From Acidobacteriota bacterium (GTDB lineage Bacteria > Acidobacteriota > Thermoanaerobaculia > Multivoradales > JAHZIX01): a stretch of 64,000 nt of DNA. The notes under the pieces are model-generated. The model saw only the letters and a list, made by a program, of their open reading frames with translations. It ran no database searches and was not told the origin of the DNA. The position numbers and the translations under genes are program-made. Of the stretch, positions 44,396 to 53,859 are shown piece after piece. The stretch's first letter is position 1; the number at the start of each line of letters is the position of its first letter. The stretch spans positions 257,543-321,542 of the forward strand of contig JBCCXL010000003.1 of the NCBI GenBank assembly GCA_039191605.1, read 5' to 3'.

Positions 44396-45301
44396 ATGTA
44401 CGGACGCCGATCCAATCCCTCTGCCGGTTCTCCCGGAGGCTTCCAGCTCACCGAGCCTCCACCGCGGGACGTCGCCATTCTGCTGGTGGTGGTCTTCGTG
44501 ACCTTCTCCCTGCGCTACCTGTCGACGACCACCGCCCTGATCCCGAATTTGCTGGACCTCTCCGCCGCGGTGTGGACCCAGGGTCAGATCTGGCGGATCT
44601 TGACCTATCCCTTCATCGGCAGCGGCCTGCCGGATCTGTGGTTCCTCCTGGAGCTGCTAATTCTCTTCTGGTTTGCCCGCGACACCTATCGCCTCGCCGG
44701 TCGCCGCGGATTCTGGCAGCTGATCCTGGTCACCGGCGTGGGAGCCGGCGTGGTGGCGGTGGCGGTGGAAGCACTGACTCAGGCGGCGGGCAGCCCTGCG
44801 ACGCCTCTCGCCTTCGAACTGATGCAGGGGCAGCGGCTGCTGCTGGCGGTATTCATCACCTCCTTTGCGGTGGCCTTTCGTCACGCCACGATCCGGCTCT
44901 TCTTCGTGCTCCCGGTGCGCGCCGGCTGGTTCCTGTGGCTCACTCCCCTCTTCGCTTTCCTCGGCTTTCTCAGCAGCCGTGATCTCAGCGGCTTCGTGGG
45001 GATCTGCGTCGCCGTCGCCCTGACCTACGGCCAGCTGGTGGAGGGAGGCTTCTCTCGCCTGCTGCGGCGCTTTCGGCTGCGGCTGCAGGAGCGCAAGGTG
45101 CAGCGGGATCTGCGGCGCATTCGCCGCGAGAGCGGATTGCGGCTGGTGGACGAAGACGATGACGATCCCCGCGGCGGCGGTGGCGGTCAAGGCGGTGGCC
45201 GCGGCGGCAATGGCCGCGAAGGCAATGGCCGCGAAGGCAATGGCCGCGAAGGCAATGGCCGCGGCAGCAATGGAGTGTCTAAGGGACCATGGGTGAATTG
45301 A
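44396..45301 (+). CDS. Rhomboid-like polytopic membrane protein (no obvious catalytic Ser) with C-terminal (GNGRE)n repeat
   Basis: ...WRILTYPFIGSG... and the 6-TM layout resemble the rhomboid or DUF1751 superfamily. The C-terminus is ...GGGRGGNGREGNGREGNGREGNGRGSNG. Confidence 0.45.
   Translation: MYGRRSNPSAGSPGGFQLTEPPPRDVAILLVVVFVTFSLRYLSTTTALIPNLLDLSAAVWTQGQIWRILTYPFIGSGLPDLWFLLELLILFWFARDTYRLAGRRGFWQLILVTGVGAGVVAVAVEALTQAAGSPATPLAFELMQGQRLLLAVFITSFAVAFRHATIRLFFVLPVRAGWFLWLTPLFAFLGFLSSRDLSGFVGICVAVALTYGQLVEGGFSRLLRRFRLRLQERKVQRDLRRIRRESGLRLVDEDDDDPRGGGGGQGGGRGGNGREGNGREGNGREGNGRGSNGVSKGPWVN
45191..45265 (+). repeat. In-frame 15-bp tandem repeat (ggcaatggccgcgaa x4-5) encoding the GNGRE repeat
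   Basis: Read directly. Confidence 0.85.
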
Positions 45302-46296
45302 GCGCGGAAGCGGTGCTCGGCCGGGTGCCGGACCGCGAGGTCCTGGAGCTGGCCCGGGAGCGCCTGCTTCCCCACATCCACCGCACCCCGGTGCTCACTA
45401 GCTCAACCTTTGACGAGCTCTGCGGTGCCCGCCTCTATTTCAAGGCGGAGAGCTTTCAAAAGGCCGGCTCGTTCAAGGTGCGGGGGGCGCTGAATACCGT
45501 TCTCGGGCTGAATCAGGAGACCGCCGCTTCCGGGGTGGTGACCCATAGCTCCGGAAACCATGGTCAGGCGGTGGCTCTGGCGGCGCAGCTGCGAGGCATT
45601 CCGGCGGTGATCGTGATGCCCAACAACGCGCCGATGGCAAAGCAGGATGCGGTGCGGGGCTACGGAGCGGAGGTTCAGCTCTGCCCGCCGACTCTGGCGG
45701 ATCGCGAGCGCTCCGCTGCGGCCCTGGTGGCGCAGCGCGGGCTGACCCTGGTGCATCCCTACGATGACCCGAGAATCCTCGCCGGCCAGTCCACCTGCGC
45801 CCGGGAGCTGATGGAGGACGCTCCGGAGCGTCTCGACTGGATTCTGGCGCCGGTGGGCGGCGGCGGGTTGATCTCCGGCTCCGCGCTGGCGGCGAGTTTC
45901 TTCGGCGAGGGAACCCGCGTGCTGGGGGTGGAGCCCGCCGGGGCCGACGATAGTTATCGCTCGCTGCGGGATGGGGAGTTGGAGCGCTGCCTCGATCCCC
46001 GCACCGTGGCAGATGGGCTGCGCACCTCCCTCGGCAAGCTTCCCTTCAAGGTGCTGCGGCAGCTGGGGGTGGACGTGGTGACGGTGAAGGAAGAGACCAT
46101 CGTCGAGGCGATGCGGCTGCTGTGGGAGCGCCTCAAGGTGGTGGTCGAGCCCTCCGGAGCGGTGCCCCTGGCGGCGCTGATGGAGGATCCCGTGGCCTGT
46201 TCCGGCGGAGCGCCGCCGCGGCTCAAAGGCAAGGCTATCGGCGTGGTGCTGTCCGGCGGCAATCTCGACCTCGCCCGCCTCCCCTGGCAGAGCTGA
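45289..46296 (+). CDS. PLP-dependent threonine/serine dehydratase (tryptophan-synthase beta superfamily)
   Basis: The PLP-lysine motif is ESFQKAGSFKVRGALN. The glycine-rich loop is ...GGGGLISG.... Length is 335 aa. Confidence 0.8.
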   Translation: MGELSAEAVLGRVPDREVLELARERLLPHIHRTPVLTSSTFDELCGARLYFKAESFQKAGSFKVRGALNTVLGLNQETAASGVVTHSSGNHGQAVALAAQLRGIPAVIVMPNNAPMAKQDAVRGYGAEVQLCPPTLADRERSAAALVAQRGLTLVHPYDDPRILAGQSTCARELMEDAPERLDWILAPVGGGGLISGSALAASFFGEGTRVLGVEPAGADDSYRSLRDGELERCLDPRTVADGLRTSLGKLPFKVLRQLGVDVVTVKEETIVEAMRLLWERLKVVVEPSGAVPLAALMEDPVACSGGAPPRLKGKAIGVVLSGGNLDLARLPWQS

Positions 46297-46326
46297 GATC
46301 CGTCGAGGGCATTCGGCCGAGGATCA

Positions 46327-46434
46327 CCGGGGGAAAAGCCGCCGGCCGAAAGAAGCTCGTCGAAAGATTCAGTCAAAGCGAAGGTAGCAAAGCCGCCGGC
46401 CGAAAGAAGCTCGTCGAAAGATTCAGTCAAAGCG
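46327..46434. repeat. Perfect 54-bp tandem duplication (aaagccgccggccgaaagaagctcgtcgaaagattcagtcaaagcgaaggtagc x2)
   Basis: Read directly. It sits at the convergent junction between the dehydratase gene (+) and the ABC-2 permease gene (-). The second copy overlaps the permease stop codon. Confidence 0.9.
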
Positions 46435-48015
46435 AAGGTAGCGGCGCCCCAGCCAGGTGAAGAGCATGCCGAAGCCCACCAGGGCGGCGGCCGGCTCCAC
46501 CGTTGCCTCGAGGCCTCGGCCGAACGAAATCAGGGCATGGAAGCCGTCCATCGCCCAACCGGTAGGGAAGGCGAGGCCGAGGGTGCGCATCCACTCCGGC
46601 ATGATCTCCTTCGGCCACCAGCAGCCGCCGAGGGCGGCCATCGCCATGGAGGAGATCCAGGCGATGCTGGACACTTGATCCGGGGTGCGCAGCACCGCTC
46701 CCAAGAGCAGGGAATAGCCGGCGCAGGCAAAGGCGTAGGCGCCGAGGAGCAGCCCCAGACCGAGGGGCGAGGGCCCCCAGTTGAGCTGGAAGACTAGGGT
46801 GCCGACGGCCACCAGCATCAGAACTTGCAGCAGCGCGATGAAGAAGCGGCCGAGGAGCTTGCCGAGGAAGAGCTGGCCTCGGGTCACCGGCAGAGTCGCC
46901 AGCCGCCGCAGCACGCCACGTTCCCGCTCCTGGGCGAGGGAAACGCCGCCGTAAATGGCGGTCATCATCAGCACCAGGAGGGCTAGGGTTCCCGGCACCG
47001 AGAGGGAGAAGCCGGTGGGGACCTCCTGCCCGCTGCCGGCGACGCTGGTGCGCACCTCCACTAGGGTAGGGCGCTCGCCGAGAGTGCGCACCAGGGCGGC
47101 AAGTTGCTCTTCGGAGGGCTCTTCGGATGGTTCTGCCGAGCGCTCATCCCCTTCGGCGTCCGACTCTGAATCACCAGCGCCAGCGCTGCCGCCAAGATCG
47201 CTGAGGGCGGAGCCTAGGGTTGGCTCCACGAGGGTCGTCAGCAGCTGGACCAACGAGCTCGCGGCGTTCCCCGTCTCTTCCTCGGGGGTTAGCTCGAGGT
47301 TGGCCTCCACCAGGCGGGTGAGCACGGAGGTCGCGGCGCGGGTGATGTGGGTGCGGGCAGCGAAGCTATATTCCTGGCTGGCGCCGGAGCGCACTCGCAG
47401 ATGCAGGGTTTGCACCTCCCCCGCGACGGCTCCGGCGGTGAAGCCTTCAGGGATTACCAGGACCCGGGGAACCTGCGGTGGCGGAGGCGGTTCGGCGTCC
47501 TGATCTGGGGCGTCCTGATCTGGGGCCCGTTCTGCGGGCTCGCCGGTTGTATCGCCTGCTGGCTGGCCCTCTGTTGACTGATCCGCGGGGCGGCTTTGGG
47601 TGGGGTTTCCCTCGACGGAGCCATCTCCGCTCGATCCTTCGTCGTCCCCTCCGCTCTGCTGTACCGGCTGGTCTGGGTCTTCGGCCCCAATGTCTGAGGC
47701 TCCGGCATCGGAGGCTCCAGCATCGAGGGCCACCTCGGACCAGGGCAGGGAGCTGATCTCGAGGCTCTCTGACTCTAGGGTGCGCACCAGCTCCTGCGCC
47801 AGCCAGCCGCCGTCGCGGTCGTCGACGGCGAGGTAGATGGGGTTCGGCCCGTTCCCCTGATATTGCATCTGCCCGAAGATCCACATGAAGGCTATCGGCA
47901 GCATCAGCATCCAGAAGATCGAGGCGCGGTCGCGAAAGGCGAGGCGCACGTCCTGAATCGCTAGGCGCAGCAGCTGGCCTACCTGGGAGGGAGTTTGGAG
48001 GGACGGTTCGCTCAT
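46423..48015 (-). CDS. ABC-2 type transporter permease with a ~250-aa acidic low-complexity extracytoplasmic insert
   Basis: An N-terminal TM, then a D/E/S/G/P-rich region with in-frame tandem repeats (DAGASDAGASD; DQDAPDQDAEPPPPP), then 5 C-terminal TM segments typical of ABC-2. The start is chosen at MSEPS (48015), overlapping the upstream gene by 4 bp. The ORF track extends to 48168. Confidence 0.6.
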   Translation of the reverse strand: MSEPSLQTPSQVGQLLRLAIQDVRLAFRDRASIFWMLMLPIAFMWIFGQMQYQGNGPNPIYLAVDDRDGGWLAQELVRTLESESLEISSLPWSEVALDAGASDAGASDIGAEDPDQPVQQSGGDDEGSSGDGSVEGNPTQSRPADQSTEGQPAGDTTGEPAERAPDQDAPDQDAEPPPPPQVPRVLVIPEGFTAGAVAGEVQTLHLRVRSGASQEYSFAARTHITRAATSVLTRLVEANLELTPEEETGNAASSLVQLLTTLVEPTLGSALSDLGGSAGAGDSESDAEGDERSAEPSEEPSEEQLAALVRTLGERPTLVEVRTSVAGSGQEVPTGFSLSVPGTLALLVLMMTAIYGGVSLAQERERGVLRRLATLPVTRGQLFLGKLLGRFFIALLQVLMLVAVGTLVFQLNWGPSPLGLGLLLGAYAFACAGYSLLLGAVLRTPDQVSSIAWISSMAMAALGGCWWPKEIMPEWMRTLGLAFPTGWAMDGFHALISFGRGLEATVEPAAALVGFGMLFTWLGRRYLRFD

Positions 48016-49406
48016 CGTAGATTCCCTCCCAGGATCCGCCGCTTCAGGGTGATGCTGGCGACCACCGTGAGCACCAGCCCGAAGGTGCAGAGGATCGCCA
48101 GGTGGGTGCCGAGCTGAGCGATGGAGGCCTGCTGAAAGAGCAGCTCTTTGAAGCCCTCGGTAGCCCAATAGAAGGGAGTGAAGGGGGCGATGGCCTTGAC
48201 CAACGCGGGCATCTCGTCGAGGGGAAGGAAGGAGCCGCTGGAGAAACCGAGGATCAGGAAGAGGGCGGAGGCCATGGTCGAGCCCTGGGCTTCATCTCGG
48301 GCGAAGGCGTAGAGGCCCGCGGCGGTGCCGCAGACCGCCAGGTTGAGGGCGATGCAGAGAATCAGAAAGCCCAGGATGTCCGCCCTGGCGCCGCCGAGAA
48401 GTACGGCGACCAGAGCGAGGATGATTTCCACCGCGAAGAGGAAGATCGCGGCGACGGCCATCTTGCCGGCGATCAGCAGTCCGGGGTTTAAGGGGCTCGC
48501 CAGCTGGCGGGTGAGGGTGCCGAGCTGGGCCTCCCGGGGCAGGTCGCGCATCATGCGGTCTCCGAGGGAGAACAGGGAGAACACCGCCACCCCCGGCAGG
48601 ATCAGCAGGAAGATGGTGTTGGAGAGGGAGCGATATTCCTCCTCTTCCTCCGCGGGAGCCGCCTCTTGCGCGATTTCCTCCTCGGTAGCGAGGAGCTGCT
48701 GGGCCAGCTCGTCGAGGCCTTCCTGATCCGTCGCTCCAGAGCTGCTCTCTAGCTCCAGCACCGGCGGCATAAGGAACTTCTCGCTGCGCCGCAGCAGTCG
48801 GTTGACCTCGACCGCCAGGGTGGCGATGGTGGCGTCTTCGGGAAATTCGCTGTCGTCGTCCAGCAGTGGGCGAATCGTCGTCAGCGGCTCGGCGAGGAGC
48901 CGGGCGGCGGAGTCCAGGCCCGCCGCCAGGACTTCGGTGCTCTGCACTGCCGCCTCCGGAAGGATCGATTCGCTGGGGTTGCGCACCACTTCCAGCACCG
49001 TTGGCTCGCCGTCGAGGAGAGCGTCGGTGAGACCCTCGGGCAGGATCAGCAGGGCAGAGGCCTCGCCCTGGTCCATCAGCTCTCGGCCGGTGCCCTCCTC
49101 GACCTCCCGCAAGTCGAAGTACTCCGCCACCTGTCGGGAAGCCAAAGCGGAGCGCAGCAGGTCGCCCACCAGCTCCTGATCTCGGTCTTCCAACAGCAGC
49201 TTCACCTTCGGCAGCTGAGGGGATTCGTCGCCGCCGCCGAAGGTGAGCGCCAGCAGCGCCGCGAAGGCGAGGGGGAAGAGCAGAAAGATCGCCGGCGCCA
49301 GGGGGGCGACGATCTGACGCCGGAGATCCTTGCGCACCAGGGCCCGGAGCACCGTGAGGGGCGAGACGGTGTGCGATCCACGGGATTCACTATGCGAAGA
49401 GCTCAT
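48012..49406 (-). CDS. ABC-2 type transporter permease
   Basis: 464 aa with an N-terminal TM, an acidic extracytoplasmic domain and a C-terminal multi-TM ABC-2 region. It overlaps the ATPase gene by 4 bp. Confidence 0.6.
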   Translation of the reverse strand: MSSSHSESRGSHTVSPLTVLRALVRKDLRRQIVAPLAPAIFLLFPLAFAALLALTFGGGDESPQLPKVKLLLEDRDQELVGDLLRSALASRQVAEYFDLREVEEGTGRELMDQGEASALLILPEGLTDALLDGEPTVLEVVRNPSESILPEAAVQSTEVLAAGLDSAARLLAEPLTTIRPLLDDDSEFPEDATIATLAVEVNRLLRRSEKFLMPPVLELESSSGATDQEGLDELAQQLLATEEEIAQEAAPAEEEEEYRSLSNTIFLLILPGVAVFSLFSLGDRMMRDLPREAQLGTLTRQLASPLNPGLLIAGKMAVAAIFLFAVEIILALVAVLLGGARADILGFLILCIALNLAVCGTAAGLYAFARDEAQGSTMASALFLILGFSSGSFLPLDEMPALVKAIAPFTPFYWATEGFKELLFQQASIAQLGTHLAILCTFGLVLTVVASITLKRRILGGNLR

Positions 49407-50329
49407 GCGTCTCGCAGCTCGCGGCCGGTGAGCTTGAGGAACAGACTGTTGAGGCTCGGAGGCCGAATCGCCAGGCTGTCCAGCTGCAGGTCCGCCAGCG
49501 CCTGCAGCAGCTCCGCCGCCCGCCCCCGGGCTCCCCCCGTCGCCAGCAGCACCCGATGCTCCTCCTCCGCCACCAGCCGAACGCCGTCGAGGGATTCCAG
49601 CCGCAGCCGCAGCAGCTCGCGGTTGAAGGAACCGGTGAGCTCCACCGTCTCTTCCTCCCCCACCAGGGCTTCGAGCTCCTGGAGCGTGCCCTCCGCCAGC
49701 AGTCGGCCGTGGTCGACGATGCCGATGCGGTCACACAATCGCTCCGCCTCTTCCAGGTAGTGGGTGGTGTAGAGCACCAGGGTGCCCTGGTTCGCCACTT
49801 CCCGAACGACGTCGAGTATGTGCTGTCGCGCCTGGGGGTCGATGCCCACGGTGGGCTCGTCGAGAAGCACCGCCCGGGGGCTGTGAACCAGGCCGAGAGC
49901 GAGGTTGAGTCGCCTCTTCATGCCGCCAGAATAGGTCTTCACCGCCGAATCCGCCCGCTCCGCTAGGCCCACCAGCTCGAGGGCGCGGTGAGTGGCGTCT
50001 TTCGCCGCCTCCCCCACCAGGCCGTAGAGGCCGGCCCAGAAGCGTAGGTTATCCGTCGCCGAAAGCTCCTCGTAGAGAGCGGTCTCCTGGGGGACGACGC
50101 CGAGCTGGGCGCGATAGCCCAGGGGATCCGCGGCGATATCCGTGCCGTCGAAGAGAATGCGCCCGGCGTCCGGCTGCAAGAGGCCGGCGAGCATCGAGAG
50201 AGTGGTGGTCTTGCCGGCTCCGTTGGGGCCCAGCAGGCCGTAGATAGCGCCTTCTTCCACCTGGAAGGAGAGGTCGTCCACGGCGGTGAGGTCCCCGTAG
50301 CGCTTGATGAGCTGTTGCACTTCGATCAT
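49403..50329 (-). CDS. ABC transporter ATP-binding protein (ABC-2 subfamily, DrrA/CcmA-like)
   Basis: Walker A GPNGAGKTT, ABC signature YSGGMKRRL and Walker B VLLDEPTVGID are present. Confidence 0.9.
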   Translation of the reverse strand: MIEVQQLIKRYGDLTAVDDLSFQVEEGAIYGLLGPNGAGKTTTLSMLAGLLQPDAGRILFDGTDIAADPLGYRAQLGVVPQETALYEELSATDNLRFWAGLYGLVGEAAKDATHRALELVGLAERADSAVKTYSGGMKRRLNLALGLVHSPRAVLLDEPTVGIDPQARQHILDVVREVANQGTLVLYTTHYLEEAERLCDRIGIVDHGRLLAEGTLQELEALVGEEETVELTGSFNRELLRLRLESLDGVRLVAEEEHRVLLATGGARGRAAELLQALADLQLDSLAIRPPSLNSLFLKLTGRELRDA

Positions 50330-50653
50330 GGATCGGTCTCGCTGGCCGTCGGATGCAGTTTCTGGGTTTCTTGGGAAGGACTTCGCTCGAGGGGTCCTCG
50401 AGAGATGCTTTCTAACAGCCGCCTTCTAGGAGCAGCTGCTAGCTCGTGAGCCTATTTTCTAGGCCCATCGTGAAGCGTATGTCTTCAATACGCCGTGGCC
50501 CGGGGTGGGTTGCGATGCGTCGAGGGATTGCCCTGATGGTATCTCGGCTGCTGGTTTCAGTGGCCAGGGACGGAAGGCAAGAAGCCACGGCTGAGAGACT
50601 CAGTGCTGGTCCAGCGTCTTGCGATGGCTCTTCCTCAGGGGGACAATGAATCC

Positions 50654-51457
50654 ATGAGGTTCTCAATCGACGATGGCTCATTCAGCACGCACCTCGAGGG
50701 ATCCCCATGGGGAATTCAGGGGGGATCTCCTTTCGGCAGTCTTCGAAGGAAGAGCCTAGGGGCCGGTCTGCTGTTGTGCATCGCATGGTTGGCTCTGCTC
50801 TGCTTGGCTTCTTCTTCGCTGCAGGCCCAGTCGGCAGATTCTTTCGAGGACTCGCCAGTAAGCCAGTCGGAAGAGGACTCCGCCCCCGCTCTCGAAGGAC
50901 CCTATGCGCCCCTCGGGGGCGGTGCGCCCTTCGGGCTTCACCGAGGCTCAAGCCTGGAGGACGTCGAGAGCCTCGTCGGTCTGCTCTCGCCGGTTTCCGA
51001 GCAGGACTACATGGCGGTGCAGATTCCCGGCTCGCCGCCGCTGCTGGAAACCCTCACCCTCACGGTGACCCCGGAGGACGGCCTCTGCCGTCTGCGGGCC
51101 TCCACCGCGCTGCTGCAGGATCCCGGCGACGGCTCGGTGGTCCTCGACGCCTTCGAGCGTCTGCGGGCTCCCCTGGAGCAGGCCTTCGGAGAGCTTCACA
51201 CCACCCTCGACACCCTGCTGCCGGACTCCCCCTACGCCGCCGCCGATCAATGGCTCGCCGGGCTGCGCCACCGGCATCGGGCGCTGCTGATGTTGTGGAA
51301 TCGGGAGAGCGGTTCGGCGTTGCCGGATTCGGTGGAACACATCAGCCTCGCGGCCCGAGGCTATAGCGATCGGGAAGGCTTCCTGGTGCTCGAATACACC
51401 TTCACCAATTGGTCCGCCTGCGAGGCCCGAAGGGTGGCGGATCAGGCCATCGAATAG
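50654..51457 (+). CDS. Hypothetical secreted protein
   Basis: ORF with a hydrophobic segment LGAGLLLCIAWLALLCLASSSLQA. The start is uncertain; the track start is 50603. No family recognised. Confidence 0.4.
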   Translation: MRFSIDDGSFSTHLEGSPWGIQGGSPFGSLRRKSLGAGLLLCIAWLALLCLASSSLQAQSADSFEDSPVSQSEEDSAPALEGPYAPLGGGAPFGLHRGSSLEDVESLVGLLSPVSEQDYMAVQIPGSPPLLETLTLTVTPEDGLCRLRASTALLQDPGDGSVVLDAFERLRAPLEQAFGELHTTLDTLLPDSPYAAADQWLAGLRHRHRALLMLWNRESGSALPDSVEHISLAARGYSDREGFLVLEYTFTNWSACEARRVADQAIE

Positions 51458-51548
51458 CCGGTAGCTCTCGAAGATGAGGCTCGGAGGCTTCTCGGCTGAG
51501 GTCCGGTAGAGCCTTGCGGCGGAGGCTCAGGAGCCTCGCCGGCTCGGG

Positions 51549-52325
51549 TTAGGAGTCCGTGGGCTCGGGAGCCAGCAGGGCGAGATATTCGATGTTGCCG
51601 GAGCCCGCGGCGGCGGCTCCCGGTTGCCGCTTTCGCCTGCGTCCGCGCCGCCGCCGTTTGCCGCTGCCGCGAATCGGCGAGGGGGTGGTGGCGAGAACCC
51701 GGGCTCCGAGGTTCGGAAGGGTGGCGAGCACCCGCTGCAGCACTAGCTCTGAGGCCTCCTGAGGCAGAATGCCGTCCTCCAGGAGCGCCTCTTCGTCTCC
51801 CTCCACCTCGTAATGAGGCTTGATCAGGGAGATGCAGCGTCCCTCGGGCCGGTCGCCGAGCCAGCGGCGGGCGGCGGGGACCACGAAGCGCTGGCGAGTC
51901 CAGGAAAGGTCCGCCACGACCAGGTCTACGGGCTCTTCCGGCGGTTCCGCGTGGAGCGCGTTGGTGCGCTCCATCACCTCCACCCGCTCGTCGATGCGCA
52001 GGCGATAGTCCAGCACGCCGTAGCCGGTCTCCACCGCCCACACCCGCTGGGCACCCTGGCGCAGCAGGCAGTCGGTGAAGCCGCCGGTGCTGGCGCCGAG
52101 GTCGGCGCAGCGCAGGCCGCTCACCTCGAGGCCGAAGGTGGTGAGGGCGTGCTCCAGCTTCAGCCCGCCGCGGCTGACGTAAGGGCGAGGGGCGTCGGCG
52201 GCATCGGAGGGGGGAGGAGGGAGGGGCAAGGGAGCTTTCGATGGTTGGGAGAGGCAGGTGAGCGCTTGGGTCCGGAGGGCACTGAAGGCTGAAGAGTGTT
52301 GAAGGCTGAAGGGTGCTGGAGGCAA
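51549..52325 (-). CDS. TlyA-family (FtsJ-like) rRNA 2'-O-methyltransferase homolog lacking the N-terminal S4 domain
   Basis: ...YVSRGGLKLEHALTTFGLEVSGLRCADLGASTGGFTDCLLRQGAQRVWAVE... matches the TlyA SAM-binding core. The N-terminal ~47 aa are Pro/Ala-rich. The C-terminus is polybasic (GKRRRRGRRRKRQ). Confidence 0.65.
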   Translation of the reverse strand: MPPAPFSLQHSSAFSALRTQALTCLSQPSKAPLPLPPPPSDAADAPRPYVSRGGLKLEHALTTFGLEVSGLRCADLGASTGGFTDCLLRQGAQRVWAVETGYGVLDYRLRIDERVEVMERTNALHAEPPEEPVDLVVADLSWTRQRFVVPAARRWLGDRPEGRCISLIKPHYEVEGDEEALLEDGILPQEASELVLQRVLATLPNLGARVLATTPSPIRGSGKRRRRGRRRKRQPGAAAAGSGNIEYLALLAPEPTDS

Positions 52326-52470
52326 CCTACCCTAGGGCAGGAAGCGCGACAAGCTCCAGGGCTCCGCAGCGCTGGTTTACGGTAGAGGTCCGCGGTGTGG
52401 GCCCGCGGTACGGGGCCGCGACGTCGATCCGTAACTTCCCCGGGCGGCCGACTGCTACTCTTGAGCGCCT

Positions 52471-53859
52471 ATGGCCCTCTCGACCCTCCGCTTCCGCTGC
52501 CGCGGGCACCACAACCTGCGCCTGAGCCACGGGAAGACGCTGGAATTCACCCAGGAGACCGGGGTCGGCCCCCGGGCGACCTGCGTGGTGGGAGTGGCGG
52601 CGGATTTCGATGCGGCAGAGGTGGCCCGCCTGCGAGGACGGATTCGAGTCCGCCTGAGGCTGGAGGGGGCCGAGAATTTGGGCGAATCCCCGGAATCAGC
52701 CCTCGAGGCCGAACTGGAAGCTCACGTGAGCCCCTTCGTCGAGGCCCGGGATCGGCTGGTGCTGCGCTGCAGCGATGAGCTGCGGGGTGTGACCTTCGCC
52801 TCCGGCGCCAGCCGGGGAGCGGCGGCGCTGGATCGCCGGCTGGCCCTCGCGATGACGAGGGAAGAGTCACGACTGGTGGTGGAGATCCAGGAGCTGGGCC
52901 CTGTTCCCCTTACGGAAGAGTTCCCGGGCACCCTCTGGCTGCTGGCCCCGACGCCGATTCCGTCTCCCCGGGCTCTGCGAGTCTTGGGAGCGGTGGACTC
53001 GGTGATCTGGCCTCGGGGAGGAGCTCCCAGTCCGTGGCGAGAGGGTGCTGTCGGCGGTGGTGCCCGCGGGTCGGATTCGAGGTCGGCCCTAGAGGGCCTG
53101 CGGCGCGGTGAGCGCTGGGCGCTGTGGGCGAGCCCGGAGCAGCTGGGGGCGGGGGGCGGAGAGCTGGTGCGCCAGGCTCGGGCCGAAGGGATTTACCGGG
53201 CGACGGTGGGCTTCGGATCCGCGGCTTCTTCCCTGCTGGCGCTCACCGGGGAGGTCGCCGGGGCTCTGCACGCTCCAATTCAGGACCGGGCCCCATTGCG
53301 GGAGGCTAGTGCGCGGGCCGCGCTGAGAGCTGCCGAGGGCGAGGCGCAGGTCTTTCAGGGGCTGGATCGACGCTCCCTGCGATGGTGCCTGGAGTCGCTG
53401 GCGAGCGTGCCGCGGGGCGTTGAGGTGCTGATTCAGCGGGACCCCGAAGGACCGCGGGAGCGGCTGCTGGGGGGAGAGCCCAAGACGGTGCTGGAGTCGC
53501 TGGCGGAGCTTCGGGCGGAGGACAGCGAGTCGTGGGGGGTGGCCTTGATGGCTCCGTCTTCGTTGACTCTATCGACGGATTCCACGGTGGCTGGATCCCC
53601 CGATGGAAAGTCCCTGGCACCGGTTTCTGGCTTCCCTGCCTCGGAAAGCAGAGAGGGAGGCGCCGAGAGTCAAAAGGAAGACGACGCTGCGGCCGCGCTT
53701 TCCCCGGAAGAGCGCGCCCTCCTCGATGCCCTCCTTCAGGCAGGGGCGGTGCCCACCAAGGTCCTCGCCAAGGCCCTGGCGGCGGCGCGGGGCTGGCCTC
53801 GGCGACGGGCCTATGAGTGGCTGCTGCAGAGGTCTCGAGAGGGGGAGGAAGCAGAATGA
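52471..53859 (+). CDS. Hypothetical protein: N-terminal DUF371-like domain fused to a degenerate tetrapyrrole-methylase (RsmI-like) region
   Basis: The N-terminus FRCRGHHNLRLSHGKTLEFTQETGVGPRATCVVGVAADFD resembles DUF371 (RGHPN...T...E.T). ...GTLWLLAPTPIPSPRALRVLGAVDSVIWPRG... resembles the RsmI N-terminal motif (TLYLVPTPIGN...RAL.VL..VD.IA.ED). The remainder is low complexity. Confidence 0.4.
   Translation: MALSTLRFRCRGHHNLRLSHGKTLEFTQETGVGPRATCVVGVAADFDAAEVARLRGRIRVRLRLEGAENLGESPESALEAELEAHVSPFVEARDRLVLRCSDELRGVTFASGASRGAAALDRRLALAMTREESRLVVEIQELGPVPLTEEFPGTLWLLAPTPIPSPRALRVLGAVDSVIWPRGGAPSPWREGAVGGGARGSDSRSALEGLRRGERWALWASPEQLGAGGGELVRQARAEGIYRATVGFGSAASSLLALTGEVAGALHAPIQDRAPLREASARAALRAAEGEAQVFQGLDRRSLRWCLESLASVPRGVEVLIQRDPEGPRERLLGGEPKTVLESLAELRAEDSESWGVALMAPSSLTLSTDSTVAGSPDGKSLAPVSGFPASESREGGAESQKEDDAAAALSPEERALLDALLQAGAVPTKVLAKALAAARGWPRRRAYEWLLQRSREGEEAE

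Noticed and set aside
46327-46434. Possible CRISPR array (direct repeats)
   Set aside because: There are only two copies. They are directly adjacent with no spacers, and the unit is 54 bp. No cas genes are in the window.
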